Shown here: positions 25,546 to 38,290 of the stretch, one piece after another
How positions within the stretch are numbered: position 1 is the first letter of the stretch
Layout: the number at the start of each line of letters is the position of its first letter
Assembly: GCA_973895155.1 (NCBI GenBank)
Contig: OZ316898.1
Location: 1,587,927 to 1,651,926 of the forward strand
Direction: 5' to 3'
DNA from: Marsupella aquatica
Lineage: Eukaryota; Plantae; Marchantiophyta
Length of the DNA: 64,000 nt
Program-made: the position numbers and the translations under genes
The notes under the pieces: model-generated
The model's input: only the letters and a program-made list of their open reading frames with translations
Told to the model about the DNA's origin: nothing
Database searches by the model: none

Positions 25546-26940
25546 GTGTACCCCTCCAATCCAATCAAAACTAGTTAGTTTGTGGATGGTTAAGTTTTCC
25601 GTGTTTTATCTTTCCTACATAATTATAAACAGTAAGGGTATCTAGAATTTGTAGATTGGGAGGTGCCCCTTCAACTCAAACACAACATCACTTTAACACA
25701 ATGCTCGAGTGCTGTGTTCAAATTGGGCACTCTGTTCGAGTTGGACCCCAAACTGTTTAATCTTCAACACAAAAGGAGCAAATTCATAAATGAATGACAA
25801 CAACTCCATACTTTATGACTCATATTTGCAGGTAGATCAAAAAGGGCTATTTACATGCTCTTGTTTAATTTGTGCTACAAATTTCTTCTGTCCGCTTGTG
25901 TAATTCCAGTGTTTGAATTAATTACACATTCCTTCTAGGGATCAAATATTGTTGGGAGGTAGAAAAAGCTTGAACTCAAATGATGTACTCTAACACACAT
26001 CAGTTCCATGCCCATCACTTCTGTTTACACCTTAAATTGATCTCACAATACCAAATTCAAACACAATGCGCAAACTTCCACATAATGCCACTTTTCAAAC
26101 ACTCAGCCGCCACCTATATGCAAAAAATTAGTTTGACCCCTGGATTATGTAAGCTTGATTTGGTTCACACCATATCATATATTGAAGTCTAGTGCAAATT
26201 AAAGTCATGGATTACAGAGCAAGAATGGAAATTGAAGGGTTTTTTTCCATTCTCTTGTTGTTCCTTTGTACAGAGTAGTTGAAAGGTTTCTTGCATAACC
26301 TTGGCAAATATTACATACCCAGGTTACATAAGCAAGAATGGAAGTTGAAGTGTTTCTTATATCCTCTTGTTACAATTATGTCCATAGTAGCCGAAGGGTT
26401 TCTTATATTACCTAGGTAAATGTTACAGTAGCTGAAGAGGTTCTTTATACCCACATTTATCTCAAAAAAATTCCAATTAGATAGAAAATTCAAAAAAACT
26501 TTCAAAAAACACTGAGATATCAATCACAACCCATCAAGAAGTTATTTTCTTTCACCCCTCTTTTACTCCTTCCTTTGTTATTTGAAGTGTTATTTTTCAG
26601 TTTTCCATTGTTTTACAGTTACAGAGTCGAACTGTTTTTCTTTGCTTTGCGTCAAACATGAGTCACGTTTGGTTTTTCTTGTATAGTTAACCATTTCATT
26701 GTGATTGTGACCAATAGCCCTAATGTGGCTCCATGTGCTTCTAGGGATTCTGGAAGGAGCTTCCCATGGGAGTCCGTAGCCAAATTAGCTAATCAAAACT
26801 TTCACACAACACCCCAGGTGCACTTTCTGAATAAACATCCCATTGCCCGCATGGGGGTGTGTTTGGGGGAAGACAATAGGGCTCTCTTTCTTCTCACAAG
26901 AAAATATCTAATGTGGGACATATGGGTCCACTTTCAATGT

Positions 26941-27394
26941 AAGACCTTAGACCAGTTCCTCAGGGCATGTGTGGTTTATTGTATAGCGGAGGCCTGTTTC
27001 CCCCTGTGTCTGTCCTTATCGCCTTCTTTTGACAGAGGGTTTCGGTGGCTCTTCAAAGGGCTCAGGCTTTCACTATCCTTCGTAGGGCCGAGGCGGTTGG
27101 TTTTAGGGTTTCTAGACAGATTCCATTCGTGACCCTCCTATGCGGTTTACTCTGGAGCTCTACTGAGCTTTTCAGTTCTCCGTTCAGTAGGGTTTTAGTC
27201 TTCCTTGCTCCATTGGGGCTCTTGGTTTTTGTAGTGAATCTTTGGTTGTGACGGGGAACTTCTTGCCTTGTTTGGCCTCTTGGCTCTTCTTGTGGCCCTC
27301 CCCTCTTCTGTTCCTTTCCCTTTATTGGGTTGCTTTGCCTTTGAGACCCTGTCTCCCGGTTTGGCTATTGTGCTTTTTGGTACTTTGAAAAAAC
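26941..27394 (+). mobile_element. 5'-truncated CRE-like copy with 10-bp TSD
   Basis: Encodes ALQRAQAFTILRRAEAVG as in the full element, similar 3' UTR, A-tract end; CTTTCAATGT at 26931-26940 and 27395-27404. Confidence 0.85.
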
Positions 27395-27540
27395 CTTTCA
27401 ATGTGAAACACTTGAAACATGAATGGACCAAGGGGCCAGATGAAGAGACCTCCAAGAACAGGTGCTCTAAAACATGGGACAAAATATGTGCTCCACATGT
27501 GCAAAAATTGGGTTCCATGTAACATTTGCCACAGGTTAGA

Positions 27541-27871
27541 TTGAAAGTGCCCCAGGAGCAATTTCTCCCGAATGGATGGACTTGATCTGATCTTGGAGAC
27601 CTAAGAAAGTTAAAAGTGCCCAATTTCTCCCCAATGGATGGCCGCTATATGATCTTGGAGACCTTGAAAAGTTGAAAGTGCCCAATTTCTCCCCAATGGA
27701 TGGCCTCGATCTGATCTTGGAGACCTTGAAAAGTTGAAAGTGCCCAATTTCTCCCCAACGGATGGCCTCGATCTGATCTTGGAGACCTTGAAAAGTTGAA
27801 AGTGCCCAATTTCTCCCCAATGGATGGCCTCGATCTGATCTTGGAGACCTTAAGAAAGGTAAAAGTGCCCC
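27541..27871. repeat. 62-bp tandem repeat, about 5 copies, upstream of KXD1
   Basis: aaagtgcccaatttctccccaatggatggcctcgatctgatcttggagaccttgaaaagttg repeated. Confidence 0.95.
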
Positions 27872-28294
27872 AAAGTCTTAAATGAGACTGAGATTGCCCA
27901 TCAACCAAGTTTCCCTCGTCGACAGCGCAATCCCCCTCTAGAGCATTCACTTCGGACTTCCAAGACCACAGACACGGCTGGATCGCGGTAGCAATTCAGA
28001 CGTCTATCTCTTTTCGCTCAATTCGCCCATGACTGAGAGCAAATGAGCTACAGCATTTGTGCTGGAGAAATCCCCATCGCGTCAAGGGCAAGCAGCAGAG
28101 AAATGATTGAATGAATAGGATGTGAGCGGCAGAGGACGAAGGGGCAGCGATGGCGAAATGAATGCTTTGCTGTAGTCCTGATCACTTTAATTGATGAGGT
28201 TTGGAAGGAAGCGAAGCCGCGTGACATGCATGTGATAGGGGGATTTTAGAAGCTGGTGATGCTGTGGAGGACGGTGCCCTTTCGGAAGTTCTGA

Positions 28295-29835
28295 ATGGAG
28301 ATGGAAAAGGAGGACGTGAAGCGGCTCGATGCGGCGTCGGTGTGCGCCGCGGAGCAGATTCGAGGGATGCTCAGTTCCGAGGACGTCTCTGCTCTGGCGC
28401 AGCTACAGCTGCAAATGTATGTGGTTGATGTGTGAGGTAACTATGGTGGATAAGAAGCGAGAGAGATAGAGCAAGCAAATGAAAATGAAAATGAATGAAA
28501 TTCAGAGTGTAATGGATTTGATGGGGTCATGTGGTCAAGGTTTGAGGTCATTTGGTCAGTAGAGAGAAGGACAATGGATTGAGTGAAGGATAATTGGAGT
28601 CCGGATGGAACTTAATTGGGGCATGGGATGAGAAATGAGCAAATTTTGCCGATAGCAAGGGCATCAGACCGGAGATGACCAAATTTTGTCAGCAGCAATT
28701 GAAGGAATGGTAATTGGGCGGCAAAATACGGGCTTCTATTGAGAGGAAGGGGAGGATTCGTTTTTGCTTTGTGGTCAGAGTTTTCGGATTGTCTCTGGCT
28801 TGCTTCTGGAGCTATGGGGGAATTGGGCTTTCACGTTTCGATCTAGCTTTGTTTCATCCTTCTTGAGATTCCGTGTTGGTTTAGGAGAGACAAGGAAAAT
28901 GAGGACTTTTTTATTTTGTGGGGCAATTTGATGAGGGCATTCTGCCTTGATCAATTAGGGTTTGCATGTCTATATTTTTAGTCTTTGGCACTTCCTCGCA
29001 TGGACGTTGATTGTTTGCACTTGTCTTCTTTTCGCAATTTCTTGGTGATGTAGATTGGGCAGACTCCAGGACAGCAATGCGGTGCTCTCACACTTCAACG
29101 ATTTTTCCGAGCGCAGCTTCGCAGCTGTCGCGAACGACTTCTCGAGGAACACGAGATTGTTGAAGGCCATGAAAGTGGACCTGGACCATATCTTCAGACG
29201 GATAAGGTTAGTGAAGTCAGTTTCGTTGAGGATGATTGATTGGATCGAATTTCACAGAATTTCCTTTGCTCTGGCCTTCTCATATGCTAGACAAAGTGTC
29301 CTTAACACACCCTCTGGCCTCTCATTCCACCGGACACCTGCTCAGCGGCGGTTAGAAGAATTACAGTACTCCTTCTGGCAGCCAGACCACAAAGTTGTTC
29401 TATGCCTCAGGCATAGTAGCTTATCCTAAGAAGCATTTCTTAGAAGGCTCCCCTGAGGCGGTTGTAGTCTGCCATCTGCTGGAAAACAAAGCCTGGAAGT
29501 CACAGAGGCTGTTCACAAATCACTCACAGTGCATTAGTAGAGATTTAAGCTCCCAAGCTGTACTTGATTTGCTATACTTTTCGTCCTCTGCATTCTCCAT
29601 TGTGAAAATTGTCTGGTGGAATGCCTCATTTGTGTCAATTCCGTTGTGTGCAAAATTGCCTCAAAGCGTATCCGTGTGAAATGAATAAATGGAAAAGCGG
29701 GTTGTGAAATGTCTTGGCAGGGGTTTAAAGAATCGGCTGGCAGCGCAGTACCCAGATGCTTTCAAGGAATCAGTGGTGGGTCAAATAGCAGATAAACGGC
29801 CAGACCTGGAAACGGAGCTTGGGTGGAAGCAATGA
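28295..29835 (+). CDS. KXD1: KxDL motif-containing protein (BORC/BLOC-1-related subunit)
   Basis: Exons 28295-28416, 29054-29206, 29721-29835 with GT-AG and matching phases; ILGRLQDSNAVLSHFN...MKVDLDHIF...YPDAF...DKRPDLE. Confidence 0.88.
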
Positions 29836-30516
29836 GATGGCAGTGATGCAGGATATTTTTCCTGGACCAATCATTATTCCTCGAAACTGATCGCTGAACT
29901 AGCACAGTTAGTAAACGGGGATCGCTTGTGTTATTTAAATCTAGCGTTCAGATCTGTTTGTACGATCTATTTTGTGTACAAACACAGTGAGGCGGTTGTT
30001 AGTTGCTGTATTTATACGATTCATTTGGGCTTTGGACACCTCTTGACTGCATCATACAGCTCTACAGTCAATGCCTATTTTCCGAATGGAGGGAGTTCAG
30101 CTATGGTAACGAGAAAGATTACATCCCAGGCAGCCGAAACGCTTGAGCCTTATTGTTAAGATTCTGTACACTCTCTAGTGGTCGAGGAACAGGTTGATTT
30201 TCTGGCCGTGACAATGGGACGGTTTTCTTCTACAGACCGCTTTCCAGGGAAGATAATCTTTCTTATTATTCAAACGCGAAGGGCGATATGCAACGTTCTC
30301 ATTGGTTTACCAAAACGTTATCCCTTTATTAAAGAGGGAAGAAATATACATTTATGCCAAATGCCTTGAGACTCTCCTCCAGTTCATTGATTTATTCACA
30401 CTGAGGAGATACTCTTCAATCGCTCTGACCACGTCCTTAATTGTTGTCCCTAGGCGAGCAAGCAACGGTAAACTCAATTCAATCCTACCATGGGCCAAGC
30501 AGACACATCCTACAAA

Positions 30517-30588
30517 TCAATCACTGTAAAGGGAGACGTATCAGTCACTGTAAAGGGAGACGTATCAATCACTGTAAAGGGAGACGTA
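30517..30588. repeat. 24-bp tandem repeat x3
   Basis: tcactgtaaagggagacgta three times between the convergent KXD1 and HEMA 3' ends. Confidence 0.9.
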
Positions 30589-31038
30589 GTCTGCATCATC
30601 GTAATGTTTGCGTTCTCTATCAGTACCTTGAAATTGCTAGTCAATTGATTCAGAGGCAAGCATTGTTGTCCAGACAACCGTGCAACTTCCCTTCTCCAAC
30701 TTGGATGAAGAAACATTGGCAAATGGAAAAATGGATGCACATGTGTTTCAATTTCATGATTGCTACAGGTTAATTTCACCTGAGATCTATACACCAATCA
30801 CTGATGACGTAGCACTAGATTTGGACATTTGACATTTAGGGGGGCCTCCAGCACTCACAACCTTTGTAGCGAGGTGCGATCATCTACAGCATCCGTCAGC
30901 TAACAAAGATCCCAGCCAGCAAAATTCACACCAGAAAACCTCAATTTAACCAAGTAACAGGAATTCTCCCTGTTCCTTGGCCAGATAAAACGTCTGTGAT
31001 ACTCTACAAAAACAACTGGAGTCTCTACATGGTAAAAG

Positions 31039-33265
31039 TTATTGTTTGACTTTCTCTGAAGCAGCCCTCATTTGCTTCACTAGGGCAGCCATATCAGACT
31101 TCAAATCAAACATTCTCTCCAAGGCATGCATATTCTCCAAAGTCTCACTTACGGTCCGCACATCAGTCCCATCGCTTCTCAAGTGTTGCATGGGTCCATG
31201 CAACAGCTTGTTTACTATGCCCCTCGTAAGATCTTCTATGAGTCTGCGATTTTTCTTCGTCAAATCATCTCCCATCTTTCCGAAACATTTCTCCAGCTCT
31301 GAGGTTCTAATGCCCTCCGCATAAGCTCTGAGTTTCTTGATTGTGGGTACGGTCTCGAGCGAATCCCTCCAAGCCTCGAAACTCTGCAGCTCCTCTTCGA
31401 TGATCGCTTGCGCTTCAATGGCTTTCCTTTTCCGCTCCTCTTTGTTTGCCTCAACCACTTCCTTCAAGTCATCAACATTGTACACCCTCGTTGATCCCAC
31501 TTCTGCAACACATGTACTGACGTTCCTGGGAACTGAAATATCTATGAAGTGCCTGATGCCATTGGAGGCTTGAGAGGGTGGAGCAAGTTCCTCAACATGC
31601 TCCTTGAAGAACAAAGGAACATCAGAGGCAGTGCTCGTAAATATGACATTAGCCTCCCCTGCACATCTCGTCATCTCTGGTAGGGGCTGATATACGAGCT
31701 CTGCTTCTGGAAACTCCTCCTGAAGACTCAACACCCTCTGCTCTGACCTGTTCACAACCACAATCTTGTCGCAACCTTTGGAGATCAGATGCTTCACCAG
31801 TAGCTTAGACATTTTTCCAGCCCCAACAATGAGAACATTAGCACTTGCTACTGCCTTCTCGGGAAGCTTCATGACAGCAAGCTCAACTGCTGCTGAGCTC
31901 ACAGAAACAGCCCCCGAAGCAATACTGGTCTCACAGCGGACGCGCTTGCCGGCCGTAATGGCTTGCTTGAAGAGCCCATTCAAATTGCGTCCGAATTTAG
32001 GAGCTAACTGGCCCACTTTATGGACTTGTTTCACCTGAGCGAGAATCTGGCCCTCACCCAGTACAAGAGAATCCAGCCCTGATGACACTCGGAAGAGATG
32101 CTGTGTTGCATCCCGGTCTCGAAGCACAAAGAGATGCTCCCTTAAATCTTGGGGTGGGACTCCACTTGTCTGCACGAATAAGTAGCCGAGGGCCAATAAA
32201 CAATTAGCTCAAAACATCAAAAGATAGTGTCCGGCTATTAAAGACATTTGTTTCTATGTTAACGTCTCACGACTGGACACGGCACAATCGTCTCAGAGAA
32301 GCCAAGGAATCCATGAGAAGATTTAAATTCCACTGACACGTGACTCTACAACGAATCATTGGTGTGGGTTTTACCTTTGACATCCATTGAATGACCTCCT
32401 GTACTCCTAAGTTCCAAGAAAGCGCAACAACATAGATTTCCATGCGGTTGCATGTGCTCAGCACGGCAGCTTCCTCTATGTGATTCTGTTCACATAACTC
32501 ATCAATGGCTCGTGGCCACTCTGCTTCGGGAACTGCCAGTTTTTCTCGCATTGATACCGGTGCAGTGTGCACGCTCAGTCCCAAAACAATAATACTGCTT
32601 TTGACATTTGAATACCCTGCACGTAGCCCAGAAAATTGCTCATGAAGTGTCAGATGCAAGTGTAGTAAGGTGGGTGGAGGAACGTTCCTATCCACTGTTT
32701 CAGAAAGATGTGATTTCCATGATGCATGGATTGAAAGAATCCTCAATTCTATTAGCCCATTTCTTTAGCTCTGAACAGAAGCTTATACCCAAATCCAGGA
32801 AGAAATGGTTCTCATGATGCATGGATGGTGAGGCTATTTGATGGCGTCAATAAGGGACAAATGCTTAGGTACGTCGCCCATGCCTGGAACCAATGAAAGT
32901 CATTGTCGAGAAATAAGAGGTGAGCTACATGACACATCAATGGGTCACAACAGATACTCACTGTTCGTTTTGGCAAGTCGAAATTGCTCGAAGGATGCAA
33001 AGCTGGCGTTTTTGAATCTATGGCTGACAGGAAGCCGTGGGAGTGCCTCCTCTGATCCCTCAGCGCGCGCCACTCCCACTGTCTGGAAGACTAACCTCTC
33101 TGTTGGCAAGCCCTTCTTCGAGCACAAGACCGGTAAGTCCAAGCCAGCTCCAAACAGAGCCGAGCCCTTGAAATTACACCGCCCGCTTGCATTGTGCTCC
33201 AAAATGATGGCAGAGCGACCTGTCACTGAAGCTGCTGCTGCTGCTGTGGATCGGATCGAACCCAT
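31039..33265 (-). CDS. HEMA: Glutamyl-tRNA reductase, plastid-targeted
   Basis: Exons 33265-32962, 32616-32375, 32169-31039 (GT-AG, in phase). Transit-peptide-like N-terminus, GLSVHTAP, catalytic [27 protein letters not shown] site, DISVPRN, NKLLHGP. Confidence 0.97.
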
Positions 33266-33726
33266 CTGTGCCTCCTTCGATCGGAATACAGCTCCCACCC
33301 TGCGGTCTCGACTCCAAGGCTCAGATTATCCACTCATCACCAAACTCAGGACCCTGCCCCGCAAAAACCAATCATATAATCGGGCGGCTCCTCCTACGCC
33401 ACAGTTCACTTAGAGATCTTCAGCCAAACAGTCCAACCGAAATCTCTCTCACCCTCAGGTGTCGGACGAAGACACTACGGCAACCCCGAGCACAAGCTGA
33501 GGAAACTCAGTCACTCGTCAACAGCCAATCTTCTTCAGCTGCGCTTCACCGACGAATCACGGACCCTTGCATCTCAATCCGCAATCGATCAATCAATCAA
33601 TCAATCAATCATGCACTTCTCCTTCCCACACAGCACGAAGACAGACACAGAGAGAGAAACCCAGACAACCAGACACCCAGACACAGGCCTTCAATGCCGC
33701 GTCTCCGACCGAGGATGGCAGCGGTT

Positions 33727-33917
33727 TCGTGAGCTTCAATCGATTCGAGAAAAGGCGACACAATCGTGAGCTCAACCGATTCGAGAAAAGGCGACGCAAT
33801 CGTGAGCTCAACCGATTCGAGAAAAGGCGACGCAATCGTGAGCTCAATCGATTTGAGAAAAGGCGACGCAATCGTGAGCTCAGTCGATTCGAGAAAAGGC
33901 GACGCAATCGTGAGCTC
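33727..33917. repeat. 36-bp tandem repeat x5 in the HEMA upstream region
   Basis: gagctcaaccgattcgagaaaaggcgacgcaatcgt in near-identical copies. Confidence 0.95.
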
Positions 33918-35422
33918 GTGGCAGGATAGAAGGAGCCAATCTAATTGTGAGAGGAGAAGCTCGTCTCGCCATAGGACGGGCGTGAATCTCGGTGCTTTAG
34001 TGGTGCTCGCCTGCGACAATCATGAGCCCACAGAGAGACAGAGAGGCAGAGAGGAGAGAGTACAATCCAGATAGGAAGGGTAGGAAACCCTATCTTCCTA
34101 TCTTTTACATAGATAGAGTATCACGTTTCTGTCGTTAATCAGGCTTATAATAAAATGAATACATATAGGTAGTAATAATACGTCCTATTTACAATGTATC
34201 GTGGGCAATAATGCCCTGAAATGCGAATGCATTTTAGCTCCCATTACTTTGCCCATACTGCACTAATAACAGACATCATGCTTTTTTTTTACTATATGTG
34301 CTTTTACTGCTTTTGCTACAAGTATGGGAAAAGTAGATGAGGACTTTGCATCATGAGCCAGTACAATTCTTATGCATTCTTTGATATGTAAAAAAGCACA
34401 GGAAATTACAAAAAGAAAAATCACTAAGTACATCAAGCTGTTGTGGGAGTCTACTCTTACAGTGAAGGGTACCAAACTATCCCTTAAAACTCAAAGTAGA
34501 AAACTAATGAATATTCTATGGTTTACACTCATTGACACCTGGAAATGTAAGCAAGCAATGGACCATTGAGGACGAGCAAATGAGCAAACGAGCCAACTTG
34601 CCCAGCCCTTGTTTACTTCACCCATCGACCTCAGCACCAAACTTTGCTCTTGATAGCAAAGTGGGCGAGCAGGAGTTTGCGGAAGCTCGACCGTGTTGTA
34701 GTAATACAAGGCACATCCCCACAATCACAAAGCTCACGGGTCTCATTATATGGAGCCCCCCACATCACCTGCAAGGCATGTTTTTAGGTCTCATTAACCC
34801 TACAACTTTAAAGAAAAAGCTATTTCCTACCCCCACTAATTTGGAATATTCTTAGAACATTCCAATATGTAGTTTTAAAACCTGATCTTTTTTGTATTAT
34901 TCTCAAATTTTAGATTTGAAAGACCATATTGTTCTTTACACAAAATTTGGAAATTTACTTTGGAACTAATAAAAGTTACCCTGTGCTAGGTAGCATGTGA
35001 TGTGTCATTTTTGCAGAAGTGAGACCACCAAGTCATGAGGGCAAAGGCCTGAGGTAGGGAAGGGCAAGGCAAGGGAGTTTTGGACGTTGGTAGTGGGCTA
35101 GGGGCTTTGATGTTGTGTGTTGGTGCATTTACATTTGGCTAAAGTATCAATGAGTGTAAGCCATGGCATTGTCAAATTTAGATTATGGATGCTGCTCTTG
35201 ATTTCTGTGGCAATGTAGACTGGGCTAACAATATTTGATCATATTGAGATATTTTTACTCTGATCATCTGTTATTTGCCTTTTATGAATGCTCTCATATT
35301 TCGAAAAATGCTTAGTCTATCAGAACCACTAGGTCAAACATGGTGCTCCATGGAACCATCAACTTCATCAAGTCCCGTTTGCTTGCTTTTAGAAATGCAA
35401 GTAGTAAGGTTTGTGCCCCTTA

Positions 35423-35680
35423 GAGCAACTCCAACCCTTCTTGATGCACTAACTGGGTCTTGATTAGCCCAAATGCCTGAAGCTAAAATAGTCATGTCTT
35501 TTAGTAAAATGATACATTAAGTCAGTTGAGGTTCAATTTCATTTGACTATGACTGGTACTAATAGCATCTGCAGCGAAAAAGCAGGATGTTGTCAGACTA
35601 CTGTAGGTAGATACTCCTTAGATTAACCCATCCTCATAAAGTAGATGCTCTTAATGTCATAATATCCCTTGGAGATGCTC
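35423..35680. mobile_element. Tourist/PIF-Harbinger-like MITE
   Basis: TIRs GAGCAACTCCAA ... TTGGAGATGCTC, flanked by TTA and TCA. Confidence 0.7.
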
Positions 35681-36105
35681 TCAATATGGGTCCACTTTAT
35701 CCGAACCCCAATCCAACAAAACTCAACAACTTCTCACCTTCAACCAATAACCTCTTCCCTCTCACATTTCCTTGGTTTTTTAATTTTCTTTCAAGATGTG
35801 AGGATTAAAATATTCCTCAACAGCAGTCCGACTTTGTAGGCTTTCACAACGGCGGTCAGCCAATCGACATCCTAACTACTAAGTACTGTATTATGGGGAG
35901 TTGATGACATCACCATTGAATTGTTGAGAAAAGGACCAATTGGATTATTGGATGGATTCTTAATTCTTTGATGGGTTTGCCAGTCAAGGAGTTTAAGACT
36001 CAAAACAAGTAACTGGGACCCACTTTAGATTATGCTTACCAACATCATTGAATGGGATGTCGAGGAGAAGGATTGCAGCGACTCAAGTTTGACCACGTAT
36101 CAGAG

Positions 36106-36380
36106 GTGAGTTTTAGATATTATCCACCATATGAACCCCCATAAAGCGTTTTTACAAAATCTGACAATATTTTGTGACATAAGATTGTAGGTTTTCACAT
36201 GGTCTTAGAGTATCCAGGTTGAGCTCGGCCTTACTAGTAAAATGGTGAGTTTTACATATTATCCACCACAGGAACCCCCATAAAGCTTTTTTACAAAATC
36301 TGAAAATCGTCTGTGACATAAGATTGTAGGTTTTCACATGGGCTTAGAGTATCCAGGTTGAACTCGGCCGTACTAGTAAA
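36106..36380. repeat. About 138-bp tandem duplication
   Basis: ggtgagtttta.atattatccacca...tactagtaaa twice. Confidence 0.9.
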
Positions 36381-38166
36381 CAGTACTAGCCTGCTTACCC
36401 TTTCCTTGACCGCAAACAATGGGTGAAGACAACAAAACAGTTTAGGCATATTTCTGGTTCATCTTTGCCCCATCCCTCTCTTATGTGCACTCTCACTTTC
36501 AATTATGTCTTTAGAGTCACACTGTAGACTCTAAACTCTGGACAATAGGCCCATGGAGAAACTTTTTGACTGGGAGATGAGGGAGAAAAAAATAGCCTTG
36601 TAGGAAAGAGAATTTCATGTCACTTTTTGTTCATCTTTGCCCCCCATCTTGTTTTTTTGGTCTGCACCCTTACTTTCTGTGTACACCCTCACTTTCAGTT
36701 ATGCAGTCATTTAGAGTCACTGTCTAGACACTTTACTCTAGACAGTAGGCCAAGGAAGTTGATCACTGCTCTCCGTCCACCAGAATAGGCGTCCTACATT
36801 CCTAGATACAATATGACTGTCATCGCAGAAATTTATGACCATATAAATACCTCAAACTGTACACTCTCCACTATGAGATATACAAATTGAGAACGTGACA
36901 GATTTTGATTTGCCCAAATGCTTACTTAGTCAATAGTGAATTTAAGAGAAACTGAACCACAGCCACTGGTGGTAGAACCACATTACAATGTTCAAGTAAA
37001 GCACACAAGTGGTAGGACCATACTGCTAGCTTCAAACAAAGCTGTTTATACTAAGGGAGCGTTGGTTATACTCAACTTTTGTGATATATCATGTCAAGAT
37101 TCATTTGAATCTAAGTTATGTGTCAAGTTCAGTGAATTGTTAACTCTTTGATACTCAATCCTATTACAAATCGACGGCAAAAAAAAAAGCTGAATCAATG
37201 CAGTTGAGATTGCGGTTGAGATTGGGCAACCTGTGACTTGTTAATCAAGATTTAAGACAAAATACTTATTCTTAGAGGATTTTGTAATGAAGGGTCCTGC
37301 CTTCCAAACTAACATATTAAAGAAGTCATCCCACTTTAGAAAATTTTTGTTTATTGTCCTCTATCTGATCCACAATTCCTATTTGGGCCTTGGACTATGT
37401 ATATTACAGTTTTTCTTTACTCCCCAGAGTGGCTACTGGCATGGCCCCAAGGATGAGATGCTAGGCAAACTTCTGATCTATTCCCTAGATTAATTCTAGA
37501 CCCTTCAGATCTCCCTAGATTTGAGGGGAGCCTTCTGGCTAACGGATTGTGAGATGGAAAACTGGTTAGTGGCATTAAGAAAATGTCAGCTAGGTTACTG
37601 GCCTCATCAAACTCGAACATCATTTTGGCGGTTGGATTTTTTCTCTGAGCAGCCTTGCCGAGATGGAACATTTCCACTGCACTGCCCTCGCTGAGTTACA
37701 TTTGCACTCGATGGCCTTGCCGAGTTGGGAAGTTTCCACTTGGCTGACCTTGCTAAATCAATTTCAAAAAATAAAAATTTGAGGGGAAATCTGTGAAACC
37801 CATAGAAAGTGAATAGTCAGTCACAACATTTGAACCCAAGACTTATGAGTCACTACTCAAGTGAGCACCATCCCTCGCAAAGTGAAAGCTTATATGGAAA
37901 AATCCAGTTGGCTCACTTTGACTTTTTCAGCTCTGTAGCCCCACTGAATCATCTTGGCAGCCTTGCTGAGTAGGAAGGTCCCATGTGAAACCACTAATGG
38001 AGGCAACTGATATGGGAGACTTATAACTGATGGGGTTGCAACATTTAGAAAAGGTGGGACGACACTCCAGAAAGGCTGGAAAAGCTTTAAGTCAAAACTG
38101 GCAAAGCTTTCTGACAGGGGTGGAATTGGCAAATTCTCCCCACTGAAAAACCCTCTGGTGCACACT

Positions 38167-38290
38167 GAGGAGTATTGAGGCCCTTGTTATGGCGATTCTA
38201 TTGCTACGTGTGATTAGCTGTATAGCATTGAGGAGTATTGAGGCCCTTGTTATGGCCATTCTATTGTTACGTGTGATTAGCTGTATAGCA
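38167..38290. repeat. 62-bp tandem duplication followed by a PBS-like GGTATCAGAG at 38306-38315
   Basis: tgaggagtattgaggcccttgttatggc...ctgtatagca twice; imperfect match to a tRNA-Met primer-binding site. Confidence 0.7.

Noticed and set aside
27541-27871. 62-bp repeats and their repetitive ORFs
   Set aside because: Simple minisatellite; ORFs are by-products of the repeat
33727-33917. 36-bp repeats resembling a CRISPR array
   Set aside because: Head-to-tail copies with no unique spacers, no cas genes, eukaryotic context
37815-37880. tRNA or SINE-like B-box (gggttcaaat on the minus strand)
   Set aside because: No cloverleaf or clear A-box; similar weak case near 47070-47120
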